This document shows, one piece after another, positions 10,229 through 19,885 of a DNA stretch of 33,521 nucleotides. The stretch comes from Nemertoderma westbladi (taxonomy: Eukaryota; Animalia; Xenacoelomorpha). Each line of letters opens with the position of its first letter. Position 1 is the stretch's first letter. The notes beneath the pieces were generated by a model. That model searched no databases and was not told where the DNA came from. It saw nothing but the letters and a program-made list of their open reading frames with translations. Position numbers and translations under genes: made by a program. The stretch covers positions 1 through 33,521 of the forward strand of contig JAUCBJ010004360.1 in the NCBI GenBank assembly GCA_032718475.1. Direction: 5' to 3'.

Positions 10229-11211
10229 CTATGGTAAGTACCGGTATGTCAATTATTTTTAGAATAATTGAATTTCTGAATATTTTGGGGTTACTTCGTT
10301 ACTTTAACTTACTTTATTACCGTTATTTAAGCAGTAGTCCAACTGACAGTGAGACCTAGTTGTTGTATGGCAGGCCTACTATTTATAAATCGTTTGAGTT
10401 GATTTATAATAGATATATACCCGTTTAAAAGGGGTTTTGACAATATTTGAAATAAATGTTATTATTTCTGGGGGTCACTACACAGAAGCTGAACGCCTCT
10501 CAGTGAAGTGCTATTTATTTGACACTAAAACTGATGATTCTAATTTACCTAAGTTACTTAATACTACGAATTACTTACGATACGGGTGAGATTAATTCTC
10601 TAATTAAACACAACAAAATATTACGGACGAAATTTTTAGGGTAATTTTACAGGAAGTCTACAAACCAGTCTAACAAAGGGTTAGATTTCTGGCTATTACA
10701 AAGGACAGGGTACTACGGTATTTAAATAATAAGTAGTAGTAAATATATTGTACTGTCCAGATAGGAAAATACCACCGCCTGACGACCTATAACCGTATCG
10801 CTATAGGTACTACGTTATGTATCACGGATTGTTCCTACCCAGAAGCTAATAGAGCTAACGAATGTGCCTATCAACCACTTTACAACACAAATATACTGCC
10901 TACACTAATTACTTCGGAAGGCACTGTACTCTAAACCCTAAATTAGGTACAAGTACCGGTATAACAAATAATCAGTAGTTAAATATACTTGAACAGTTAA
11001 AAGAACCACGGCATCTGCTGGAGTGACCGAAGCACAAAGTCGTCAGTCTTTACCTACGCCAAGCAGCCCTGATGTAGTACCGGGGTTAGTTTAACTATAA
11101 CGGTATGTATAACAAGCACAATTACTGTAGGAATAAACTTGGGGACATGAATGTTGCGAATAATCGCATAAACTCTGAATAATAAATATTACGCTACCCG
11201 TACAGAATACT

Positions 11212-11745
11212 CAAACAAATACAAACCAAACGCTGGCAGACTACTATCAAGCCTAAACAAACTACTGTATGTGCAGATTCTGAAACTGTTAGTTAGTATG
11301 CGTGCTAACACGGTAGTACGACTTACTCTTTAAGAGGGGATTGACCTTACAGTGTTGACTGCCCCAACTTACTAACGGCACTTGATCAGACCAACTCTAC
11401 ACACGCAGCAATCCCTTCAGACCTAAAAATAGCTAGACAACAATCCAGCCTACAAATATTTGAGTAATAACTATTACGGTACCTGAACAGACCACACAAA
11501 CAAACACAGGCCAAAACACTGGCAGACTACGATCAAGCCTAAATAAACTACGGTATATGCAGACTCTGAAACTGTTAGTTAGTATGCGTGCTAACACGGT
11601 AGTACGACTTACTCTTTAAGAGGGGATTGACCTTACAATTATGACTGCCCCAACTTACTAACGGCACTTTATCAGACAAACTCTACACACGCCGTAATCT
11701 CTCCAAACCCAACCACAGTCAGACAGCAGCTCAGCCTACAATTAT
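11212..11745. repeat. Tandem duplication (~286-bp period) in the element 5' leader
   Basis: ctggcagactac...gttagttagtatgcgtgctaacacggtagtacgacttactctttaagaggggattgacc...actctacacacgc at ~11233 and ~11519. Confidence 0.85.
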
Positions 11746-12116
11746 CTGAACAATCTGAGCAGGGTCACACGCCTTCTGCTCAATATTAGCCTACTAGTAA
11801 ATAAAACTGACAGAAATAGACCTAAGTAAAATCCCAATAAAAACCAGGCGTCCCCGATTTAATATCGAGACCTACCGGTATACAATAATCAAAATCGAAT
11901 AATACTAATGTACTTATACAGCAGTACCGGTACCGGTGATGACAGTTAGGCCTACTGACCCACAGAAGCACCGGTTCAGTTTTACCAGTCACTACGGTAT
12001 TTTGCAACCCTATTGCCTACTGCAATAAGATTGTAAACCGTTACTGTTCTCCAGAACAGTATTAAACTGTATTTAATGCCTACACTTGCAACCTTATTGC
12101 CTACTGCAATAAGATT

Positions 12117-12132
12117 AAGTATAAACTGTTAC
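12117..12132 (-). promoter_or_regulatory. Primer-binding-site position; complementary to LTR sequence 12895-12910 rather than to a tRNA 3' end
   Basis: The minus strand reads GTAACAGTTTATACTT immediately after the LTR's CA. It has no TGG and is a 16/16 reverse complement of the LTR segment. Confidence 0.7.
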
Positions 12133-13393
12133 TGTTCGCGCTTTCGAAGACCTTTAGCAGTTTAACCTGCCAAAATTTATATGTCTTTTAGTTAATTAAA
12201 ACCACTTTAGCATACGACAATAATTTATGCTAATACGCAAAACATTAGCCGAAGTCAGCCCATGCGCGATCATTCACCCGATGGATCTACACCCGGGAGA
12301 CTGAATTCGGATGCTTGAATTGTATTATTACAGTGTAAGGTTGCAGTGTATACCTAATGTATTATTCGATAGATAGTTAATAATTAATCTCTGACAGGTA
12401 TTATTGGCTTTCGGGAAATATTAACAGTTCCTTTAGGACGTGGCGCTTTATCTATTTAAACAGAACTAGGACTTATACTAAACGCAACGATACTGCTTGG
12501 GATTGAAGTATAAAGCGTATTCTTTAGGAAATACTTTGTTACCAATCACAATCATACACACTATTCTGCCGACAGTCAGTACATTTGATCACACATAAAG
12601 AGAGCAGTAATTGACTCACGTAGGGTCTGCTAAATAACATTGGATTCAATACACACCACATTAATATAAATCGCAATTGTTATATATAGCCGGTCTCTCT
12701 AACCTGTAGTGTTATCAAGAAAATTGGGAATTGGGTGATTTATCCGTATTATCCAAATAGCAATATTTCCATCAACAAATATTTACAATTAATAACTGAC
12801 GGTAAAATAACAGTACAAACAATATGATTAATGCAATTAAAAGTATCAAGGTGAGATGAGTGATTTAAGTCAGTGAGTTCGTTTCGTTAGTTAGGTAACA
12901 GTTTATACTTTCGATAATTCAAGCAGTTTACGGTACAGCAGTATCTATCCAAAAATGCCGGTGTTTCTGGCTTAGACAGCAATAACAACAAAGTAACAAG
13001 AAAAAACAGTAAGACTGAACACTCTCCTTATGATCGACTAAAAGCTACACGTCGACAGGAAAAACCGCCCTGATTGGCCCAAGCCAAACAAAGAACCACG
13101 CGGCCAATGGCTGTTTCCATGTCAGCAACCAGCTGCTAGATGTCGTAATATGAATCATCACGGCTAAGCTGTGAAAGGTGGTTGGTGCATTACAAGTTTT
13201 TTGTCTTACCATGTCCGCTAAAACACGTATATAGCAGAATGATTTTTATGTCCGTTAAAACACCTATAAAGGTACCTTGCGGGCGAGGGGAATATATATA
13301 CAGTTAGAAAACCCTTTTTAGAGTATTCCAGCGCCTGGGGGGGAACTGGCCAGCAAAGGCAAACGTATCAGTTATCCCACAAAAGCTTTTACA
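12133..13393 (-). repeat. 5' LTR (1261 bp)
   Basis: Copy of 758-2018, upstream of gag on the minus strand. Contains a GC box (ccgccc ~13065), CCAAT boxes (~13073 and ~13104) and a minus-strand TCAGT initiator-like motif (~13014-13018). Confidence 0.95.
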
Positions 13394-13511
13394 ATGACGT
13401 ATACTGTAATGAACAATGACGTACTGTATATTTATTATTTTTATGAACAATGACGTGCTGTTAATATTAATATAGTACATGATATTGTTAATTTTACATG
13501 TCTATTTTTAG

Positions 13512-13740
13512 AGTGTGGCGGTATATTTTACAATGATTCTGGAACTATCCTTTCCCCTGGTTACCCTTTCGAGCGATACCCACACAATGTCACATGTTAT
13601 TGGAAGATTGAGGCACCGCTGGACAACATTGTTCGAATAAAATTTAATTTATTCGAGTTGGAACCGCATCCTAACTGTAACTACGATTTCGTAGAGATTT
13701 GGTACAACTACACCAAAGCTCCAGCTCAACTGGCGGACAA
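13512..13740 (+). CDS. Exon of CUB-domain gene (N-terminal part of a CUB domain)
   Basis: tttttag|AG acceptor whose phase matches the previous exon. Reads QCGGIFYNDSGTILSPGYPFERYPHNVTCYWKIEAP...FELEPHPNCNYDFVEIW...ADK, ending at an AA|gtaagt donor. Not listed in the ORF track. Confidence 0.92.
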
Positions 13741-14869
13741 GTAAGTTTGCGGTACAACTACACAAACGCTCCAGCTCAACTGGCAGACAAGTAAGTTTCT
13801 GGTACAACTACACCAATGCTATGGCTCAACTGGTGGACAAGTAAGTTTGTGGTGCAACTACACCAATGCTATGGCTCAACTGGTGGACAAGTAAGTTTGT
13901 GGTGCAACTACACCAATGCTATGGCTCAACTGGTGGACAAATAAGTTTGTGGTGCAACTACACCAATGCTATGGCTCAACTGGTGGACAAGTAAGTTTGT
14001 GGTACAACTACACCAATGCTACAGCTCAACTGGCAGACAAGTAAGTTTCTGGTACAACTACACAAACGCTCCAGCTCAACTGGCAGACAAGTAAGTTTCT
14101 GGTACAACTACACCAATGCTATGGCTCAACTGGTGGACAAGTAAGTTTGTGGTGCAACTACACCAATGCTATGGCTCAACTGGTGGACAAGTAAGTTTGT
14201 GGTACAACTACACCAATGCTACAGCTCAACTGGTGGACAAGTAAGTTTCTGGTACAACTACACCAATGCTATGGCTCAACTGGTGGACAAGTAAGTTTCT
14301 GGTACAACTACACCAATGCTATGGCTCAACTGGTGGACAAGTAAGTTTGTGGTACAACTACACCAATGCTACAGCTCAACTGGTGGACAAGTAAGTTTCT
14401 GGTACAACTACACCAATGCTATGGCTCAACTGGTGGACAAGTAAGTTTTGTGGTACAACTACACCAATGCTACAGCTCAACTGGTGGACAAGTAAGTTTG
14501 TGGTACAACTACACCAATGCTACAGCTCAAGTGGCAGACAAGTAAGTTTGTGATACAACTACACCAATGCTACAGCTCAACTGGTGGACAAGTAAGTTTC
14601 TGGTACAACTACACCAATGCTACAGCTCATCTGGTGGACAAGTAAGTTTCTGGAACAACTACACCAATGCTACGGCTCAACTGATGGACGAGTAAGTTTC
14701 TGGTACAACTACACCAATGCTACAGCTCATCTGGTGGACAAGTAAGTTTGTGGTACAACTACACCAATGCTACAGCTCAACTGGCAGACAAGTAAGTTTG
14801 TGGTACAACTACACCAAAGCTACAGCTCAACTTGTGGACAAGTAAGTTTCTGGTACAACTACACCAATG
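13700..14869 (+). repeat. 50-bp minisatellite, ~23.4 copies, spanning the exon end and splice donor
   Basis: Unit tggtacaactacaccaatgcta(c/t)(a/g)gctcaactgg(t/c)(g/a)gacaagtaagttt(c/g). GTAAGT recurs every 50 nt from 13741 to 14842, with a 1-nt insertion near 14449. Confidence 0.97.
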
Positions 14870-15029
14870 TTGCAAACAACATTATGGGATAGTTGCGTCG
14901 TTACAAACTCCCAAGGTTGTTCCCTTAAATAATCTTCACGTTGCCATTAGTTACAGTAGTAAACAAGTTGGTACAGCGAGATAATATCTCTGAACCAATA
15001 TATCTGTATAAATTACAATGTTTTTCTAG

Positions 15030-15163
15030 AATTTGCGGACACCTGGCGCATATCCCTGTTCACACTTCTGATAGTAACGTGGTGACCTTGATATTCCATA
15101 CGGATCACTCAGTGGATCGTAATGGATTCGAGGCGACCTACGAAGTTATCCACCAACAATCAG
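15030..15163 (+). CDS. Exon of CUB-domain gene
   Basis: tttttctag|A acceptor (phase 2 match). Reads ICGHLAHIPVHTSDSNVVTLIFHTDHSVDRNGFEATY, ending at a G|gtaata donor. Confidence 0.9.
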
Positions 15164-15523
15164 GTAATAAAACGGATCGGGGATTATATTACTTCTAGAA
15201 CATTAAGAATGCGAGTAATAGAACTCCAAAAACTCGCTGAAAATGCTAAAACTGAACGTCGAAACACAAAAATATATCTAAATCATATTTAGTAATAATT
15301 TCAGTAGGCATATTCCAGAGTATTGCATGAATTTACCTATGAATTTGTCTTTCATTGTGTTTTAGATTTTTTGTTTTATTTTTATCGTTTGACTTAGTAT
15401 TATGAACACGGCCTACTGTAATAAACCATTGTATTTTCTTTCACTATTTATAAATTAGACTAAATTTATGAATTACGAATGTTCAGTACAGTTCTTACAA
15501 TCGATATGATATGGATGTTTCAG

Positions 15524-15701
15524 CTTGCGGTGGGCACCTTACCTCAAGCTCAGGCAACATAAGTACGCCCAACTACCCTGGAGATTACAACCAGACTTGG
15601 TACCACTGTGTCTGGACTATAGAAGCACCACAGGGGAACCAGATTAGTCTGCTACCAACCACCTATTTCGATGTGAGGATACCTAGTTACTTAATAATCA
15701 G
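15524..15701 (+). CDS. Exon of CUB-domain gene
   Basis: tttcag|CT acceptor (phase 1 match). Reads ACGGHLTSSSGNISTPNYPGDY...CVWTIEAPQGNQISL, ending at an AG|gtatgt donor. Confidence 0.9.
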
Positions 15702-16215
15702 GTATGTTATACTGTTCTATTTATTATAGGAACTGTTCTACAGTACTGTAGGTGTCTAAACCAATGTGGTATATATATATTGTTGTCTCGGCTTCCACAG
15801 CGAGGTCCCAGGTTCGACTTCGACGCAACGCTTATGAGTTTCAGAAAAAAAGGTCGAAACTTGTACGTGGTTTGGAGAGATACGATATATGAATTTCATT
15901 GAATAAAATATAACCTATTCATAAATTTGTACACAACCCAATTAAAAAGTGGGACTACATGGGATTACACCATCTCCCTACAACAATAATTTTTAGCACC
16001 CCCCCCCCCCCCCTTAATTTTCTTCAAATTACAATTAAATTATACGAAATTCGATATGAAGAGAGTTCGATAATTTTACTGGTCTGGCCCCTGGCTGGAT
16101 TTTTCAATTATTATCAAATCATTTATAGCTGCAACAAGCCGTTAAAAATGCCTATTTAGAGACTGCGTGTCTCGCCCTGAGACTTAATTATCGTAAATAT
16201 CAAATTATTTTGTAG

Positions 16216-16445
16216 GGATGGAGCACATAAAGACTCTCCAGTAAAGGGTCAATATATCGGTATGATCGACCCGCAGCATGCAAGTCAACAGGTATTCAGC
16301 ACGTGGCCAACCGAATCTGACGATATAATCACATCGCATAGCAACCATATGTATCTTGAACTACGTTACATGGCGATAACTAGTTTACACCATAACTATC
16401 AATCCAAACCGAAATTTTTGATACACTACACTGTCGCTTCAACAG
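16216..16445 (+). CDS. Exon of CUB-domain gene (divergent CUB C-terminal half)
   Basis: ttttgtag|G acceptor (phase 2 match). Reads RDGAHKDSPVKGQYIG...ITSHSNHMYLEL...FLIHY, ending at a G|gttggt donor. Confidence 0.8.
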
Positions 16446-17280
16446 GTTGGTTGTCATTTGGTTAGAAATGAATTGCAATAAATGTAATATAGTAAGTATT
16501 CCGTGGTGTATCGAATAACATTTACAATACAGTAAAAAATTAAATATAAACGAATATATACAAATAAAAACAGTAAATACATAATTGTATCGTGGTCGGT
16601 CACCTTTCCACAAATAATACCAACAAATCAAAGAAAATAGGTTGAAATAACTATTTCATAATATTATGTGATAGTTCATTACATCAATTCGTTTATAAAT
16701 AACTATTTTCACTTTACATACTGTTCAAGGGCCTTTTCAGCCGTACCGGTATGAACCGAGCGTATTTATGTACCGAGCGTGACGCATATTATATATACAC
16801 AAATAGATGAAGGTCAACACGCTGAAAACTGTCCTACAGTACTGTATGTGTTAAGAGAAAGTAACAATAAACTTACGGGGAAGTTTTTCAGTTCTGTTTT
16901 TATTTATTTATTTATTTTTAACATAAATATATGTATATTGAATGGGGGGGAGAATCTTTTAGGCTCATTAACCCTATTTGTACCCTATTAACCCTATTAT
17001 ACCCTACTTGTACTTTTCATCCGGGGGGACCAAAATACATAGCACCACAAAATAATGATAGTTGCATTATTGCCAGAAAATAGTTTTAACAAGTTTTGTC
17101 GTGATCAGCGACCTCAAAAACCCGAATGCTTCAAAACTATAATTTTTGAGCCCAGGTGTAAAAAATTTATAAAATGACCCCCCCCCCCCCCCCCCCCACC
17201 CCCACCCCGGGTCATTTAGACAGTAAAATAGCCTGGGCCAGATAGGCTTTAAACTAAAGAATGCCTGTTTGCCACCATAG

Positions 17281-17351
17281 GTGATCTTCCACAATACACC
17301 CTTCCACTCTGTTATCCAAGTTGCCTAAGTTCCCATTTAACGACGAGTTAA
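17281..17351 (+). CDS. Possible short terminal exon of the CUB gene
   Basis: ccaccatag| acceptor; phase-1-compatible frame GDLPQYTLPLCYPSCLSSHLTTS*; AATAAA near 17559. No domain similarity, so speculative. Confidence 0.3.
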
Positions 17352-19354
17352 GGATGAAAGCCAGGGTTGGGCTAGGGGTGGATTTTCATCGGTATCCAGT
17401 CAAGTTATCGAAAAATATTATATTATTGCTATTATTAGAATACGGTATAATTATAAAATTACAATAACTAATACGTAATATTATTAATGTTGTACAAACT
17501 TACCGAGTTCGAGTCCCGGTTGCAGCAGAATTTTCTAAATTAGAATCCTTAATATTTCAATAAAATTTGATCTTACAGTATATAATCACAGATATATGGA
17601 TGGATTTTTGTCGTTAAGATACGCTGCATTAGTGAGGTACCGACCGCTATATGTAATGCAGGCTTAGGCCAACTCTCTCTAAGAGTCTGCAGTTAGAGAG
17701 TTTGTAGCACAACACCTGTGCTCTGACCACTAAACCAAAATTACACACTTACTGATGAGTTACTGCCACTAAAATAGCCAATAATAAACTAAAATAGTGG
17801 TAGAATAACTTTCTGCTACTATTTTAGCGGCACAAGTAATAATAGTGTGCGAAAGCTCTACTTTCTTTCTCTGTTTTCTAGAAAATAAAAATGTGGATAT
17901 TTCAGATTAAATAGTCTACTATTTGAATTGAATATTCTATTCTACTAATGCTGTTTACTCAATGTTAAATAATTTAGTGTTCTCAAATATTTCTTACGTA
18001 ACTAGAGAGTCGCTTAACTACCTAAACCAATATTGGATATTGAGTCCGTTTTGGAGTACGCCTTGCAGGCACTCCCACTAAAGTAGCAATAACTTCTGAG
18101 TATGTGAATGGATTTTGATAAAATTACGTGAAAACCTTTACTACTTCGATACTCTTTCAACACACCACATGCAATAAAATTATTAAATAAACTCCTTCAA
18201 AAATATTTCATTTTACTGTTTTCGTCGGTAAAATTAATATAAGTAAAATCAATGCAATCCTACGGGCTAAGTTTTTCCCTAGTGAATAAAGAACTCAGTA
18301 AAGTACAGTAGATGGGGTCAAGAGTTGTTGGGTTGTTCGAATCAAGTTCCAAAGTTATTGAGGAGGCGGGAATTTCAAAAGTAATTTAGTACAGTCCTCA
18401 ACAGTATTTCCGGTACCGGTACGCGGTACAGCAGTACGGTACCTGAATCGTCTACAGGTGGTTAAGTAAAATCAAGGTCTACCGTACTAGAAGTTAGTCC
18501 TGTGATGGGCCAGAAATCAGGCCCAACATAATAATATAGTGGCGCACTTTGAACGCAAATGAAAAAAGTTATCTCCTGCGCAAATTGTCCGTAAGTAAAT
18601 ACTTTCGTTAATTGTATGGATCAGAAAACACCACTAGTCAGCCAGTGCACCAGTCCAGTGTAACATAATTTTTTAACCCATTAAACAGTTAGTTGTGATA
18701 TAGGCCAATAGTATAGCAGTGTAGTGTGTAGTGGTCTTGCCTGTCTTGGGAGCATTCTGCCCTGCCTACATACTGACATAAGTGGAGTGCAGTACCAGAC
18801 CACCAGTTGCCAGCACATGTACCGGGATGTACAGATGTACTTTCAAATGACACAAAACGATTTGATTGTCATATATCTGTCTGTATATACTTAGGAGGCC
18901 TACCTGTAGGTTCTTTTAAAATTCCGTATGCCTCAGGCCTACCAGCTTTTTAAACTTTTTTAAACGTCATTTTCAAGATGTCTAATTACACTCAAAGTAG
19001 ACCTACTCAGACCAAGGCCTAGCTCAGACACTATTCTATTCAGCTATTACAGTATTAAACAGGAGTTGCACTGTACTGCTGTACAGCTGCAGGCCTACTG
19101 AATAGTGATAAAACTGTACTGGTACTGCTGTAATGTAACCTTGATGGTTAGATATAGGCCCGACCCGAATATAAACTAACGCTAGGTTCCACCAGTCCAG
19201 CAGGCTACTACAGTACTACAAACGGTAGCCTACTACCGGTAGTACCGGTACCTCATTTCATATACCGGTATGGTATGTTATGTTATCGAAATTAAAGACA
19301 CACTATTTTAACTTAGAATACAATACAATCAATGTATAATTCCATGAGTGCTAG

Positions 19355-19556
19355 TTTTTACTTGAACTCATTTTTTAGTAGGCCTATTTTACTCTGATTT
19401 TAGAACTCAGTTTTATACTCTGTTTTTAGAACTCAGCTTTTATAATTTCACTCTGTTTTTAGAACTCAGTTTTTATAATTTCAATCTGTATTTAGAACTC
19501 AGCTTTTATAATTTTACTCTGTTTTTAGAACTCAGTTTTTATAATTTTTACTCTGT
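19355..19556. repeat. AT-rich ~28-33-bp minisatellite, ~5-6 degenerate copies
   Basis: Recurring ttttactctgtttttagaactcagtttttataa. Confidence 0.8.
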
Positions 19557-19885
19557 ACTATAATATTGCTTTTAATATTTTATTGATTGTTGCCAGATGT
19601 TTTATTTCTGTGCCTAAAGTTACATTGGTGATTTTATCTGTTCTCTCCCCATGTGCCTTGAGAAAACTATAGGAAAAGGCGCTATATAAATATTATTATG
19701 TATTATTATGTTATGTTATTTTATGTATAGAGGTACTTCAATTTCAATAGTCTAGTCTATTTTTTTCACAAATAGCCTACTTTCAGACTTTATTGTTGTA
19801 TTTTTACAATTGTATAATATTTTCTGATAGTTTCCGTTATACTGGTATTGGATTGGTGTACCGGTAGTAATTGTGTAATTTCGTT

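Larger units (their letters stand above)
758..13393 (-). mobile_element. BEL/Pao-type LTR retrotransposon, non-autonomous (gag-protease plus extra ORF; no RT or integrase)
   Basis: Direct repeats 758-2018 and 12133-13393, each TG...CA. 5-bp TSD ATGAC at 753-757 and 13394-13398. Internal minus-strand ORF with BEL/Pao gag and protease motifs. Confidence 0.95.

Noticed and set aside
13391-13450. Three AATGACGT (CRE-like) motifs at the insertion flank as evidence of targeted integration
   Set aside because: A short local repeat at a single insertion site cannot show target preference.
13700-14869. CRISPR-like array
   Set aside because: Units are contiguous near-identical 50-mers with no unique spacers, there are no cas genes, and the context is a eukaryotic exon/intron.
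15765-15825. tRNA gene (ggttcgact B-box-like motif); similar fragments near 17505-17520 and 17718-17737
   Set aside because: No complete cloverleaf or acceptor stem could be built; at most decayed tRNA-derived SINE fragments.
16968-17252. piggyBac-like MITE (ttaaccct... / ...gataggctttaa)
   Set aside because: The termini do not form convincing inverted repeats; possibly a decayed element but not supportable.
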